Positions 18,585-28,556 of a stretch of 64,000 nt of DNA are shown here, one piece after another (position 1 is the first letter of the stretch; every line of letters begins with the position of its first letter). The translations under genes and the position numbers were made by a program. The notes under the pieces were generated by a model that saw only the letters and a program-made list of their open reading frames with translations, ran no database searches and was not told the origin of the DNA. This DNA is from an uncultured virus (IMG/VR IMGVR_UViG_3300046513_000217). Lineage: Duplodnaviria > Heunggongvirae > Uroviricota > Caudoviricetes. Where the stretch lies: IMG/VR virus record IMGVR_UViG_3300046513_000217, one strand, 5' to 3'.

Positions 18585-19754
18585 GTGTCCACGGGCTACA
18601 CCCCGATCTACCGGGTCTTCAGGAACGGCGAAGATATCACCGGTCAATTCAACGATCGGACTCTTCAGATCAAGGTCGATCTCCAGTCCGGCAACGGAAA
18701 CGACGACCAATGCACCATCCTGGTCGACGACCGCGACTGGCGCATCGCGCGGCCGACGACCGGAGAGAGCTTGCAGATCTGGCTCGGGTACACCGAGGTC
18801 GGCATCGCCTACATGGGATCCTTTGAGATCGACGACGTCACGTTCCTCGGGCCGCCGCGGCAGATCAAGCTGCTCGGCAAGTCGACCGGGTCAAGCGATA
18901 TCCAGAAGGCCCCGGCGATCCGCGAGTTCGACAACAAGAGCGTCAGCGACATCCTCGGCCAGATGGCCGGGCAGACCGGGCTTGGCGTGTCGATCGGCAG
19001 TGGCCTCGGGGACATCAAGATCCCCTTCAAGAACCAAGGCGTCAGCAACCTGCATCTGATCCATGAGCTGGAGCGCCTGTCTGGCGCTGTGGCGAAGGTC
19101 GTGGACGGCAAGCTGATGTTCGTCAAGCGCGACGGCGGAGAGACGGCAAGCGGCATCGCGTTGCCGACGTTGGTGCTGCTGCCCGAGCACTTCGGCACCT
19201 GGCAGGTGCGGTACACCAGCAAGCCAGGTTACGGCCAGGTCAAGGCAGCCTGGTTCGACAAGGACGAAATGGTCCGCAAGTGGGTCGGCTCAGCCGTCAC
19301 GGGCGGAGACGGAGGAGTCGGACTCTCCAATAAGTTCGGCGGCGCATTCAACATCGGACAGCTCTTCAATTCGGAAGCCGAAGCCAAGGCAGCGGCTGGA
19401 TCGCAGGCTGAGAACTTCAAGCGTGCAGAAGTTCAAGCCATCTTCGATCTTGCGAAGGGTGACCCCTGGATCAGGGATCAGCAGACGCTGATCGTGTCCG
19501 GAATGAGGGACGGCATCAATGGCTCGTACGTCATCGACAAGGTGACCCACACGTACATCAAGAGCACGGGCATCAAGTCCCAGATGGAATGCAAGACGCC
19601 GGGTGACGGCGCCAACTACGAGGAAGCTTCCAAAGAGTTCATGCGGCCAGGACCGGGCGAGACGCTCGGAGAATACCTCCGCACCCACCCTGACGTCAGT
19701 CGCTGGGATCTGTCCCAGGACGACATCAACGCCATCAGTCAAGGCGGGTTCTAA
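18585..19754 (+). CDS. Baseplate hub (P2 gpD-like)
   Basis: DITGQFNDR...DQCTILVDD...WLGY...MGSF.ID....GPP motif. Confidence 0.85.
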   Translation: MSTGYTPIYRVFRNGEDITGQFNDRTLQIKVDLQSGNGNDDQCTILVDDRDWRIARPTTGESLQIWLGYTEVGIAYMGSFEIDDVTFLGPPRQIKLLGKSTGSSDIQKAPAIREFDNKSVSDILGQMAGQTGLGVSIGSGLGDIKIPFKNQGVSNLHLIHELERLSGAVAKVVDGKLMFVKRDGGETASGIALPTLVLLPEHFGTWQVRYTSKPGYGQVKAAWFDKDEMVRKWVGSAVTGGDGGVGLSNKFGGAFNIGQLFNSEAEAKAAAGSQAENFKRAEVQAIFDLAKGDPWIRDQQTLIVSGMRDGINGSYVIDKVTHTYIKSTGIKSQMECKTPGDGANYEEASKEFMRPGPGETLGEYLRTHPDVSRWDLSQDDINAISQGGF

Positions 19755-19771
19755 CCCCCAACGAGTATCAC

Positions 19772-20944
19772 ATGTTCAGTCAAGAGATCATCGACGCCAT
19801 CGTGCAGGCGGCGAAGGCCAACGGTTGGCCTGCTTCTGCGCTGCTGGCCGTCGTGGAATGCGAAACGTCCGGCAAGCCGTTCGAGCAGGACAACCACACC
19901 CCGTCGCTGCTCTTCGAGCGGCACAAGTTCTATTCCGAGCTGCAGGCGCACCAGCCGAGCAAGCTCAAGACCGCCATCGCTGCCGGCCTCGCCATCCCCA
20001 AGTGGAGCCGCAGCACCCAGTACAAGGACCAGGGCACCTCAGCCGGCCGCCTCGCAGTGATTGCGAAGGCAAGGGCGGTAGACGAGGAAGTCGCCAACAG
20101 AGCGGCGTCCTGGGGCCTTGGACAGACCATGGGCTTCAACGCTGAGCGCCTGAAGTATCCCAACGCCACGGAGATGGTGGAGGAGCTGTCCAAGGGAATC
20201 GACGAGCAGATCGATGCGCTTGTTCGCGAGATCAAGAGCAGCCACCTCGACAAGTTCCTCATCGCGAAGAACTTCGCCTCGTTTGCGCGCGGCTACAACG
20301 GCGCCGGCTACAAGCAGAACAACTACGACACCCGGATGAAGACTGCGGACGAGCGCTGGCAGCGGCGTCTGGCGCAGATCTCGGGCGGCGAGTTCTATCC
20401 CAAGCCCGGCAAGACCGTTACGATGGTCTACCAAACCAAGCTGAAAGAGCTTGGCTTCGCCATCGGCAAGGTCGACGGCGACTGGGGCGATTTGACCACG
20501 GGCGCTTGTTCCGCTTTCCAGCGGCGCGAAGGCCTGAAGATCACCGGCCACCCCAACGACGAGACCACGGCGGTGCTCGACAAGAGCAACGACAAACGAG
20601 AAGTCTCTCCCGATCGCGCCAACGCTACCGTCGATGACCTGCGCTCTGCGGGCTCGCAGACGGTTGCCGCGGCCGACAAGGGCTCGCTGATGTCGAAGAT
20701 CATGGTCGGTGCTGGCGCTCTCGGCGGCGCCTCGCAGACCGGTGCGCTCGATAAGGCGCAGGAGATGGTCGACAAGGTCCAGCAGTTCCAGGGGATCATG
20801 GACAGCGTCCACACCCTGGCCCATGCGCTCGCGCCCTACTGGTGGGTTGGAGTGCTCGTCGCCGGCTTCATCACCTGGAAGCTCTACGGCAACGTCATCA
20901 AGCAGCGTCTGCACGACCACCAGACGGGAGTCAATCTTGGATAA
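19772..20944 (+). CDS. Endolysin: N-acetylmuramidase (DUF3380-like) + peptidoglycan-binding domain + C-terminal hydrophobic segment
   Basis: LLFERHKF, ASWGLGQTMGFN, FARGYNGAGY; VDGDWG.LT...AFQ...GL..TG. Confidence 0.88.
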   Translation: MFSQEIIDAIVQAAKANGWPASALLAVVECETSGKPFEQDNHTPSLLFERHKFYSELQAHQPSKLKTAIAAGLAIPKWSRSTQYKDQGTSAGRLAVIAKARAVDEEVANRAASWGLGQTMGFNAERLKYPNATEMVEELSKGIDEQIDALVREIKSSHLDKFLIAKNFASFARGYNGAGYKQNNYDTRMKTADERWQRRLAQISGGEFYPKPGKTVTMVYQTKLKELGFAIGKVDGDWGDLTTGACSAFQRREGLKITGHPNDETTAVLDKSNDKREVSPDRANATVDDLRSAGSQTVAAADKGSLMSKIMVGAGALGGASQTGALDKAQEMVDKVQQFQGIMDSVHTLAHALAPYWWVGVLVAGFITWKLYGNVIKQRLHDHQTGVNLG

Positions 20945-21407
20945 CGCAATGGAAAAGGCCGCAGCTGTCAGGGCTGCGGCCATCTACTACTGGGTGAAAG
21001 CCCAGCAGTGGTTCACCGGCACGAAGGGCAAGGTCATCGCGGCCTTGGTCATCCTCGCCGTCGTCGCTGGCTACGCCCACCACAAGGGCGCCGCCGGCAA
21101 ATCGGAACTGAGCGCGGAGATCGTGCTGCTCAAGAAGCAGCTCGCCGACGCTGTGGCCAAGCCGGCCCCGCAGCCCGAGATCCCATACTGGCAGTGCAAC
21201 GGTCCGAAAGAGACCAGGCACCCGCAGTGCCGGGATGAAGATGCTGAGGCCGACACGGCTGATCGCCTGAGCAAGGCGGAAACGGCGAAAGCCAATCTCG
21301 AAAAAAAGGTCAAGGACTATGAAACGCAGCTGGCTCGCCGGCCTGCGAAAGGCGGCGGCCATATTCTGTCTCCCGCTGATGCTCGCAGCTTGTCAAACAT
21401 TCGGTGA
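20937..21407 (+). CDS. Putative i-spanin (Rz-like)
   Basis: N-terminal TM helix then coiled-coil; overlaps lipoprotein gene. Confidence 0.6.
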   Translation: MDNAMEKAAAVRAAAIYYWVKAQQWFTGTKGKVIAALVILAVVAGYAHHKGAAGKSELSAEIVLLKKQLADAVAKPAPQPEIPYWQCNGPKETRHPQCRDEDAEADTADRLSKAETAKANLEKKVKDYETQLARRPAKGGGHILSPADARSLSNIR

Positions 21408-21612
21408 GACCACGGTGCAGGATCGAGTTGATCTCGATACCTGCATGCGTCTCGCCAGCACCATCAAGCTTCCGCCCATCAAGGCCGGCATGGATGCCCG
21501 GGCCGTGATCGCCCGCTATCGGGCGGCCCTGGTGAGCGCGAACGCCAACATCCACGACACGAAGGCCTGTATGGCCCTGCTCGACCGAGCAGAGAAAGAC
21601 GGTTCCTTCTAA
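21319..21612 (+). CDS. Putative o-spanin lipoprotein (Rz1-like)
   Basis: Lipobox LAAC after hydrophobic signal; overlaps i-spanin in another frame. Confidence 0.65.
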   Translation: MKRSWLAGLRKAAAIFCLPLMLAACQTFGETTVQDRVDLDTCMRLASTIKLPPIKAGMDARAVIARYRAALVSANANIHDTKACMALLDRAEKDGSF

Positions 21613-21950
21613 TGGATTTCAACCAAGCTCTTCCCTACGTGATGCCGCTCCTCGGCCTCTTCGGCATGATCTCCGGCATCTGGTACCGGGTGGAAGGCAA
21701 GATCAATGCTGGCGTCGCTGATGCGAAAGCTGCTGGCCTTGTCGCCCACAAGAGGGCCGAGGATGCCGAGAAGGCGCTCAACGAATTTCGGCTTGAAGTG
21801 GTTCGGGAGTACGCCTCCTGGGACACGGTCAAGGCGATCGAGTCCCGCCTCACTGAGCGCATGGACAATCTGTCGGGCCAGGTCATGAAGATGCCGGACC
21901 AGATCGTCGAGCGCATGGTCAACATGCTCAGGCTTTCCCAGAATAAATAG
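21612..21950 (+). CDS. Membrane-anchored lysis-cassette protein (holin-like)
   Basis: One N-terminal TM segment plus coiled-coil; last gene of lysis block. Confidence 0.45.
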   Translation: MDFNQALPYVMPLLGLFGMISGIWYRVEGKINAGVADAKAAGLVAHKRAEDAEKALNEFRLEVVREYASWDTVKAIESRLTERMDNLSGQVMKMPDQIVERMVNMLRLSQNK

Positions 21951-21951
21951 C

Positions 21952-21993
21952 TTGACCGCTCTGTTTGCATTCGATAATTTGCACGAATGCAAA
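21952..21993 (+). promoter_or_regulatory. Candidate sigma70 promoter overlapped by two copies of the 16-bp motif
   Basis: TTGACC-N17-TAATTT; TTTGCATTCGATAA and TTTGCACGAATGCAAA. Confidence 0.55.
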
Positions 21994-22074
21994 TTGTGTG
22001 CTACCCCCGGGACCATAGATCTCGGGGGCAGCCGCGCCCCTTGAGATGGGTTCCCCCACCATCAATAGGGTCAA

Positions 22075-24069
22075 ATGACGTTTCAACCGCTCGCCACCGA
22101 AGAACGCGCTCGCAGAAAGCAGGTCGTTGAGGATCTGCTGAAGCAGGGCTATCACCCGCAGGGCTCGCGTGGGGGCATCGCCTCCGCCACGAAGACCGCG
22201 GAGCGCGTCGAAGGCATCAACTATCCGAACTGGGTCCGCGCTGAAGAGGCGCTGAAGCGCAAGCGCAAAGAGAACTTCGCGATCGACTGGTCGCTGTACG
22301 TTCCGCCTGTCCCGAAGGCTACCGTCACCTCTGGTGGCGAAGAACTGTCCGCCGAAGAAGTCGACCCGTTGATCCGGGCGAAGCTCCTCTCGGCCGAGGT
22401 TACGCAACTCATCACCCAATCGAAATACCCGGTCATCAACCCGGAAGCCGTCATCGTCGACACGCCGATGCTGCGCCGCTGGAGCCACAAGAAGCGTGGC
22501 TACGAGGAGAAGGAAGGCCGTCCGCGAACCTGGATGGTCGACACCCTCAAGGTCGAAGCCATCAAGGACTCCCGCAACCGGAGCTTCATCTTCACGGGCG
22601 CGCAGAACGACGCGCTGCTCCACGAGGAGTTCTGGGTCAACCTCCAGGCCTATGCGGCCTACATCGGCGCCGAGATCGTCGTCGGTCCCTGGACCTACGA
22701 GACCCAGTGGTGGTCCGAGAACGACCCCCAGGCGCGCGAGTATGCGCCCGAGCTGGCTGAGCATCTGTGCTTCGGCCAGATGAAGATCGGCACCAACTTC
22801 GTGTTCTGCGGCGAGATGAACACGCTTCCGACCGCGTCGCAGCCCGTTTCCGACCTGGTCACCTACAGCCGGGGCCGCTGGGCCGTGTTCCCGCACGCCA
22901 AGCGCCAGCTGAAGTCCGTGCCGTCGACCGACCCGACGATCCAGGCCCACCAGGTCATGACGTCGGGCGCCTGCACGCGACCGAAGATCATCCCGCGCAA
23001 GGCCGGCGTGAAGTCGATCTTCCACCAGATCATCGGCGCCACCGTAGTGCAGTTCGACGACGAGGGCGACATCTTCTGCCGTCAGATCACCGCGAACGAC
23101 GACGACGGCTCGTTCTACGACCTGGACGCCTACGTGGCGAACGCCGAGGTGACTGTTGGTCACCGCGTGCGTGCGATCACCATGCCCGATCTGCACGTCC
23201 GCAAGATGGATCAGGCCAACTGCATGGCCATCTTCGGGTGGGACATGCGCGGCGGCCGGGCGCAGCTCCGCAACAGCATGATGGACGTTCTCGATCCCGA
23301 GAACATCATCGGCCACGACATCTTCGACAACGAAGCGCGGAACCACCACCACGTCCACGACAATGCCTACAGCTACGAAATGGCCATCCGTGGCCGCGAT
23401 AGCGTGGAGGAGGAAGTCGAGCAGTGCGGTCAGTTCCTGCTGACGGCGATCGGCGAGGGCGCTCTCGACCACATGAAGGTCACCGTTGGCGACCGCACCT
23501 TCATCGTCGCCGAGGGGAATCACGACATCGCGCTGGAGAAGTATGCTCGCGAGGGCCGATACCGGAACGACGGCAAGAACGTCCGCTTCGGTCTGCAGCT
23601 CGAAGACGCATACCTGGACTACGTCGAACGGCGCTCGATCGCCATCGACAATGACCAGCCCGTGCCGCGCTTCTCGCTGCTCGAACACGCCATCCGGCTG
23701 AAGTATCCGCAGCTCGGCGACAAGGTGGTCTGGTGCCATGACGGCTACAGCCATCTGCTCGACGGAATCGAGGTCGGCAACCACGGCTTCCGCGGTGCGA
23801 ACGGGGCCAAGGGGACGGTGGCCGGTTTCGCGCGAGCAGGCCGCAAGATGTCGATCGGCGACAAGCACTCTCCCGAGATCATGGAGGGCGTGTACGTGGC
23901 CGGCGTTATGAACCTGCGCCACGGCTACAACAAGGGCCTGTCGGGCTGGGCGGTCACCGTGACCATTCAGTATCCGGACGGGAAGCGCTCGCTGCTGACC
24001 ATGCAGAAGGGCAAGTGGCGTCCGGGACGGCGGGTCATCCGCGTGCCGGCCGGGTCTTTTGCTGCCTGA
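22075..24069 (+). CDS. Calcineurin-like metallophosphoesterase, T5 A1-like
   Basis: PDLH, GHDIFD, GNHD, NHG motifs; FIFTGAQND segment resembles A1-family proteins from recall. Confidence 0.65.
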   Translation: MTFQPLATEERARRKQVVEDLLKQGYHPQGSRGGIASATKTAERVEGINYPNWVRAEEALKRKRKENFAIDWSLYVPPVPKATVTSGGEELSAEEVDPLIRAKLLSAEVTQLITQSKYPVINPEAVIVDTPMLRRWSHKKRGYEEKEGRPRTWMVDTLKVEAIKDSRNRSFIFTGAQNDALLHEEFWVNLQAYAAYIGAEIVVGPWTYETQWWSENDPQAREYAPELAEHLCFGQMKIGTNFVFCGEMNTLPTASQPVSDLVTYSRGRWAVFPHAKRQLKSVPSTDPTIQAHQVMTSGACTRPKIIPRKAGVKSIFHQIIGATVVQFDDEGDIFCRQITANDDDGSFYDLDAYVANAEVTVGHRVRAITMPDLHVRKMDQANCMAIFGWDMRGGRAQLRNSMMDVLDPENIIGHDIFDNEARNHHHVHDNAYSYEMAIRGRDSVEEEVEQCGQFLLTAIGEGALDHMKVTVGDRTFIVAEGNHDIALEKYAREGRYRNDGKNVRFGLQLEDAYLDYVERRSIAIDNDQPVPRFSLLEHAIRLKYPQLGDKVVWCHDGYSHLLDGIEVGNHGFRGANGAKGTVAGFARAGRKMSIGDKHSPEIMEGVYVAGVMNLRHGYNKGLSGWAVTVTIQYPDGKRSLLTMQKGKWRPGRRVIRVPAGSFAA

Positions 24070-24099
24070 TCGCTTGCACGAATGCAAAAGGAAGACACG

Positions 24100-24564
24100 A
24101 TGCTCGTCTATCTCGCCGGCCCGATCTCAGGCCTGAACTTCGAGGGCGCCACCGACTGGCGGGAGTACGCGAAGGCGGAACTCTCGCAGTTCGGGATCAA
24201 GGGGCTCTCGCCGCTCCGCGAGCAGGAGCACATGAAGGCGATCGGTGTGTTCACCGACGCCGCCAAGGAGACCGAGCGGCTGAAGTCGCCCATGTCCACG
24301 CCGAAGGGCCTCACGGTCCGCGACCGCTGGGACGCGATGCGCTGCGACGTGCTGCTGGTCAACCTGCTGGGTGCCACGAAGGTCTCGATCGGCACCGTGC
24401 TTGAGCTGGCCTGGGCCGACTCCAAGGGCATCCCGATCGTGGTGGCCATGGAAGACGACGGGTCCAACCCGCACGAGCACGCGATGGTCAACCACATCAT
24501 CGGCTACCGCGTCACCACGCTGTGGGACGCCATCGATCTGACGCGGCAGCTGCTTGCTGCCTGA
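24100..24564 (+). CDS. Nucleoside 2-deoxyribosyltransferase-like protein
   Basis: VYLAGPI, RD..D...CD, SIGT..ELAWA motifs. Confidence 0.8.
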   Translation: MLVYLAGPISGLNFEGATDWREYAKAELSQFGIKGLSPLREQEHMKAIGVFTDAAKETERLKSPMSTPKGLTVRDRWDAMRCDVLLVNLLGATKVSIGTVLELAWADSKGIPIVVAMEDDGSNPHEHAMVNHIIGYRVTTLWDAIDLTRQLLAA

Positions 24565-24597
24565 ACGCTTGTTTGAATGCAAAGGAAGGAATTGCAA

Positions 24598-25278
24598 ATG
24601 ACGGTTATCGGTCTCTCGGGTTTCGCGCAGTCGGGCAAGACGACAGCGGCTCTGTACCTGGAGAAGAAGTACGGAGTCCGCCGCAAGCACATCGCCGAGC
24701 CGCTGCGGGCGATGCTGGCTGTGCTGCTTCAAGCGAATGGCATGTCGTCAGACATGATCACGCGCTACCTGGAAGGCGATCTGAAGGAAGAGCTGATCCC
24801 CGAGCTGGGAGTCACCTCGCGCTATGCGCAGATCACCCTGGGCACCGAGTGGGGCCGCCAGATGATCAACCAGAACCTCTGGGCCTGGACCTGGGCGCGC
24901 GGTGTGCAGGACGGCGAATCCGTCATGAACGACTCCGTCCGCTTTCCGAACGAAGCTGCGGCGATCCGCGAACTCGGCGGCGTGGTCATCATGATCAAGC
25001 GCCCGGGCACGCGGCCGGCGAAGTTCAAGAACAAGATCGGCGAGTTCCTGTTCGACAAGTTCGGCATCATGTGGGGGGTGCATCCGAGCGAGCGCATCGA
25101 CCTGATCAAGCCGGATTTCATCATCCACAACGACGCGGACCTGGAGACGCTCTACGCAGACCTGGACAACGCCATGGCGGCGCATTTCAGCCGCGTCCAG
25201 CAGACCAGCTTCGCCAACTCCAAGAAGGCCGTCGCAGCGGCCACGGGGCTGGCGCTGGCGGTGGGGCTCGGCCGCTGA
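24598..25278 (+). CDS. Deoxynucleoside monophosphate kinase
   Basis: IGLSGFAQSGKTT P-loop, LGTEWGR, VRFPNE, HPSE. Confidence 0.85.
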   Translation: MTVIGLSGFAQSGKTTAALYLEKKYGVRRKHIAEPLRAMLAVLLQANGMSSDMITRYLEGDLKEELIPELGVTSRYAQITLGTEWGRQMINQNLWAWTWARGVQDGESVMNDSVRFPNEAAAIRELGGVVIMIKRPGTRPAKFKNKIGEFLFDKFGIMWGVHPSERIDLIKPDFIIHNDADLETLYADLDNAMAAHFSRVQQTSFANSKKAVAAATGLALAVGLGR

Positions 25279-25450
25279 TGCTGCTGGGTATCATCGTTCT
25301 GGTGAGGAAGCTGTTGGGGCGCCCTGAAGCGCAGGGCCCCCGGTTTCCTGACTTTTACACCACGCCGGCCGACTGGTCGAAGTGCAAGAACCTGCGGGAG
25401 GACGGGCCGACGCCGTGCTGGCATCCGCATTGCGACTGTCAGGAGAAGAA

Positions 25451-25732
25451 ATGAAGGGGATGTTTTCTGACACGCGGCCTCAGCGATATGGCTGGGCGCC
25501 CGGTGGCTACATGAACCGTTGTCATGCTTCAGGCTGCGCCAGCAAGTCTGACGAGGACAGGATTTTCATCGGGGACAAGCGGGCGATAATATGCGCCGAC
25601 TGCGCCTACGCGATGCCGGACCCGCTGCCGGAGCCGCCGTTCGAAGTGCGCCTACGCGCCCAGGTCACGGATCTGCTCCGCCGAGCCCGGCAGCTGGAGA
25701 TCGAGCTTGAGAAATGGGAGAAGGGGAAATGA
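25451..25732 (+). CDS. Small Cys-containing hypothetical protein
   Basis: WAPGGY..RC...FIGDKRA..CADCA; AGGAG RBS. Confidence 0.55.
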   Translation: MKGMFSDTRPQRYGWAPGGYMNRCHASGCASKSDEDRIFIGDKRAIICADCAYAMPDPLPEPPFEVRLRAQVTDLLRRARQLEIELEKWEKGK

Positions 25733-26207
25733 GGGCCTGTCTCATCGTCACCTGGATGACGGCCTGCTTGGCGGTCATCGCGTTCGACGTATGGATGGCG
25801 TGGCCCGCGATTGCGGAGCTGCTGTCGTGAGGCTGATCAACATGAAGCTGACCAGGGGTGACGCAGAGGTCATCACCCCGGAGCAGGTATGGGCCGAGAT
25901 CGGCAAGATATTCGTCCAGCGGGCGACCGGAGAGCTGAAGCCCACCGGTCCGGTCAGGACTAATCGACCTCAGGTCGATGTGCGGGAGCTGGTGAAGGGG
26001 CTGTAAGCCCGTTCATCGCCGCTGCCAACGCCTCGGCCATTGGCCGGGCCATGAAGCAGCCAAGGGAATTGCAGGTCTTGTTCCGCACGATCCAGTGCGG
26101 CCAGTCCAGATTTCCCTTGGAGCTTCCGGTCTCGGCATAGAAGGGCGGCACCATCCCGATGCCGCGCTTCGTCGCCAGCATGTCCTTCGCCAGCTTTTCG
26201 ATATCCA

Positions 26208-26498
26208 TCAGAAGATCCACAGCTTCGCCCGCGAGATCTTGTCCGGGAGGAAGCCCTTTGGCATGTCCCGGAGCCGCTCGGTCTCGAACCTCAGATCGTC
26301 CAGCGTGATCTGTTGCCGGATGCGCTCCAGCGCCTCCTGCTTGAACAGCTCCTCGCCCTTGTCGCCACCCGGCAGCGGGTGCGTGCGGCCGAACTCCAGC
26401 TTGCGCTTGCCCTCGGTCTTGTGGCGCACCTCGTAGCCCATAAAACCCAGGACGGTGATCACGTCGAGGAGGGGGTATCCGTAAACTGTCTCTCTCAT
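26208..26498 (-). CDS. Hypothetical protein
   Basis: Coupled ORF in minus-strand chain. Confidence 0.5.
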   Translation of the reverse strand: MRETVYGYPLLDVITVLGFMGYEVRHKTEGKRKLEFGRTHPLPGGDKGEELFKQEALERIRQQITLDDLRFETERLRDMPKGFLPDKISRAKLWIF

Positions 26499-26743
26499 GC
26501 TGCTTGGTTCCATCCATCGAGTGCTGCGTGGTGTCGTCCGTAATAGTCGTCGCGGCTGCGCAATTTCGAGATCGGGCCGTCCGCTCCGCATTGCAGGCAG
26601 GTGACGTGGGGGTTCGGCCCCATGTAGAGGCCGACGTGGCTGCCCTTGCAGAAGGGACAGCGCCCCATATTCTTGCCGAATTGGTGCTTGACCTCCGCGG
26701 GGCACATGACGTTTGCGCTGCTGTATTGTGTCCACCCGCTCAC
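26495..26743 (-). CDS. Lar-like zinc-ribbon protein (restriction alleviation family)
   Basis: CPFC...V.C..CGA.GP...A...WN. Confidence 0.6.
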   Translation of the reverse strand: MSGWTQYSSANVMCPAEVKHQFGKNMGRCPFCKGSHVGLYMGPNPHVTCLQCGADGPISKLRSRDDYYGRHHAALDGWNQAA

Positions 26744-26915
26744 GAAGGCTTCCTCTCGCCGGTCTCGTACAGCTCGCGCTGATCCATGCTGTTGTGGACG
26801 ATGATGCCGTCCTCGGTCACTTCGGGACGGCACCAGCACGGCTTATTAGAGTCCATGCTGTGATCTCGCAGATCGTTGATTGGGACGACGTGATAGATAT
26901 CAGGGTCGGGTCCGA

Positions 26916-27299
26916 TCACGTCGTACGCTCCTTGAACCAGTTGTTGATGAAGGCATTCAGCCGCGGAGCAACCACGGGAAGGCGCGCTCGCCCCGTCCCG
27001 ATTCCATCCTCTGGCACCACGACCGTCTTGCCGCGATCCAGCGCTTGCTGGACGGCGACCAGATCGTGATCGACCTGCTTTTTGCAGATCACGGTGTCGC
27101 TGAAGAATGCGTTCGGTCGATTGCTCGGCTCCCACTTCGTGGCGACTCCGATCGCGTTGGGCTCGCCGCGCATCTCATGGGCCTGGCCCGCCCGCGGTCC
27201 TCGACCGATGCGACGCACGTTGTCACCGAACACATAGACGTGGTCTGGGTTGTCGCGCAGGTCCTGCCTGCGGATGAACTTTTGGTAGATTACTGGCAT
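26916..27299 (-). CDS. Macro-like phage protein
   Basis: YVFGDN..R.G.G..GQA..R.EPNA.G..TK...GIGTGRA.L. Confidence 0.55.
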   Translation of the reverse strand: MPVIYQKFIRRQDLRDNPDHVYVFGDNVRRIGRGPRAGQAHEMRGEPNAIGVATKWEPSNRPNAFFSDTVICKKQVDHDLVAVQQALDRGKTVVVPEDGIGTGRARLPVVAPRLNAFINNWFKERTT

Positions 27300-27300
27300 G

Positions 27301-27582
27301 TCACCATCCGAAATAGATCCAGTAGTCGGTGTCGCGTTCGAGCAGGTCGCAGAGGTGGAGGAAGCGATCGGGCTGCTCCAGGCTGCTCTCTCGAATGCCG
27401 GCGCGGAGCTGGTCGACGAAGGCAGGGCGAACCATCTCCTCGTCTCCAGGCTTCGTGATCGTCCTGCAGTTCGAGAGCACGGCCGAAAACTGGCTGTCGC
27501 CGGAGTGGCGACAAAAATCCCACTCCGGATGATTGTCGCAGGTGTTGCGGTAGAGACTGATGTGGATGCCCATGCTACCCAA
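27301..27582 (-). CDS. Hypothetical protein
   Basis: Coupled ORF in minus-strand chain. Confidence 0.45.
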   Translation of the reverse strand: MGSMGIHISLYRNTCDNHPEWDFCRHSGDSQFSAVLSNCRTITKPGDEEMVRPAFVDQLRAGIRESSLEQPDRFLHLCDLLERDTDYWIYFGW

Positions 27583-27995
27583 ACTCCTCCTGCAGCCTCG
27601 CCCGCGCCTGCTCGCGGAATCCCTCCGCTGCGAGCACCGCTTGCTTGCTGGTGTCGAAGCAGTCTTCCTCTGCCTCCGAGAGCTGGCAGATCATCCCGCC
27701 GACAGAAGGCAGGTACTTGATCCGGCCATCGAAGCTTCGTGGCACAGAGCGGCATTTGCCCTGTGCCACGATCCGCAGTTTGACCTCGCGGGCCACCATC
27801 AGCTCACCTTGAGCTGATCGAGGGAGGTCTTGAGCTGGGGGTCATTCGCCATGTGGGTCATGATCCCGCTGGAGACCGATGAGGTGATGCGGTTGATCGT
27901 CTCCCGTGACCGCCATCCCTTCTTGGAATTGACCTCGACCGTGACCTTCACCCTGGTGCCGTAGGCGTCTTGGACGCTGATGCGCTTCACCCTCT

Positions 27996-28520
27996 TCATG
28001 ACGCGGACACCCACGCGCGGATGCGGCTGCGGGCGTAGACGGACTCCTGCACGCGGCCATTGTGGTTGCCGCTGATTACGATCGGATCGCCATTCGGTTT
28101 GAAGCCGGAGACCACACCGACGTGCCCGCCGCCGCGACGGCCCATGGTGACGATGGCGCCGACCTGAGGTGCGATGTGCTGATGCTTCTCCCAGGAGAGC
28201 GCGCGGTCGTCGACGTCGGTAGCGCCCGTGACCTTGCGGAGGAATGCCGAGCACCACAGGGTGCCGCGGACACCGACCTGGTGTGCGGTCTCGCCCATGA
28301 ACTGACGGGCACGGCTCACGACGCCGCTGCCGGCGCTCATTCCGCTCTGGAAGTCAGACTGCAGACCGCCGAAGAACGACTGCTCCTGGGGAGCGGTGAC
28401 GCTGATCTTGGCCACGCGGGCGTGGTGATGATGGTGATGGTGCCTCGGGCGGGCCTCAGCTGCTGAAAAGGATGCAGCGAGGAGGGCGGCGCCGATCAGC
28501 GCCGTGCTCAGTTTTCTCAA
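27996..28520 (-). CDS. Secreted CHAP/NlpC-P60-like protein (TIGR02594-like)
   Basis: Signal peptide, His7 tract, LWCSAF...GGGHVGVV...ISGN; AGGAG RBS. Confidence 0.75.
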   Translation of the reverse strand: MRKLSTALIGAALLAASFSAAEARPRHHHHHHHARVAKISVTAPQEQSFFGGLQSDFQSGMSAGSGVVSRARQFMGETAHQVGVRGTLWCSAFLRKVTGATDVDDRALSWEKHQHIAPQVGAIVTMGRRGGGHVGVVSGFKPNGDPIVISGNHNGRVQESVYARSRIRAWVSAS

Positions 28521-28556
28521 AATACTCTCCTGTTTATGCGAAATGCTGGTGCGGCC

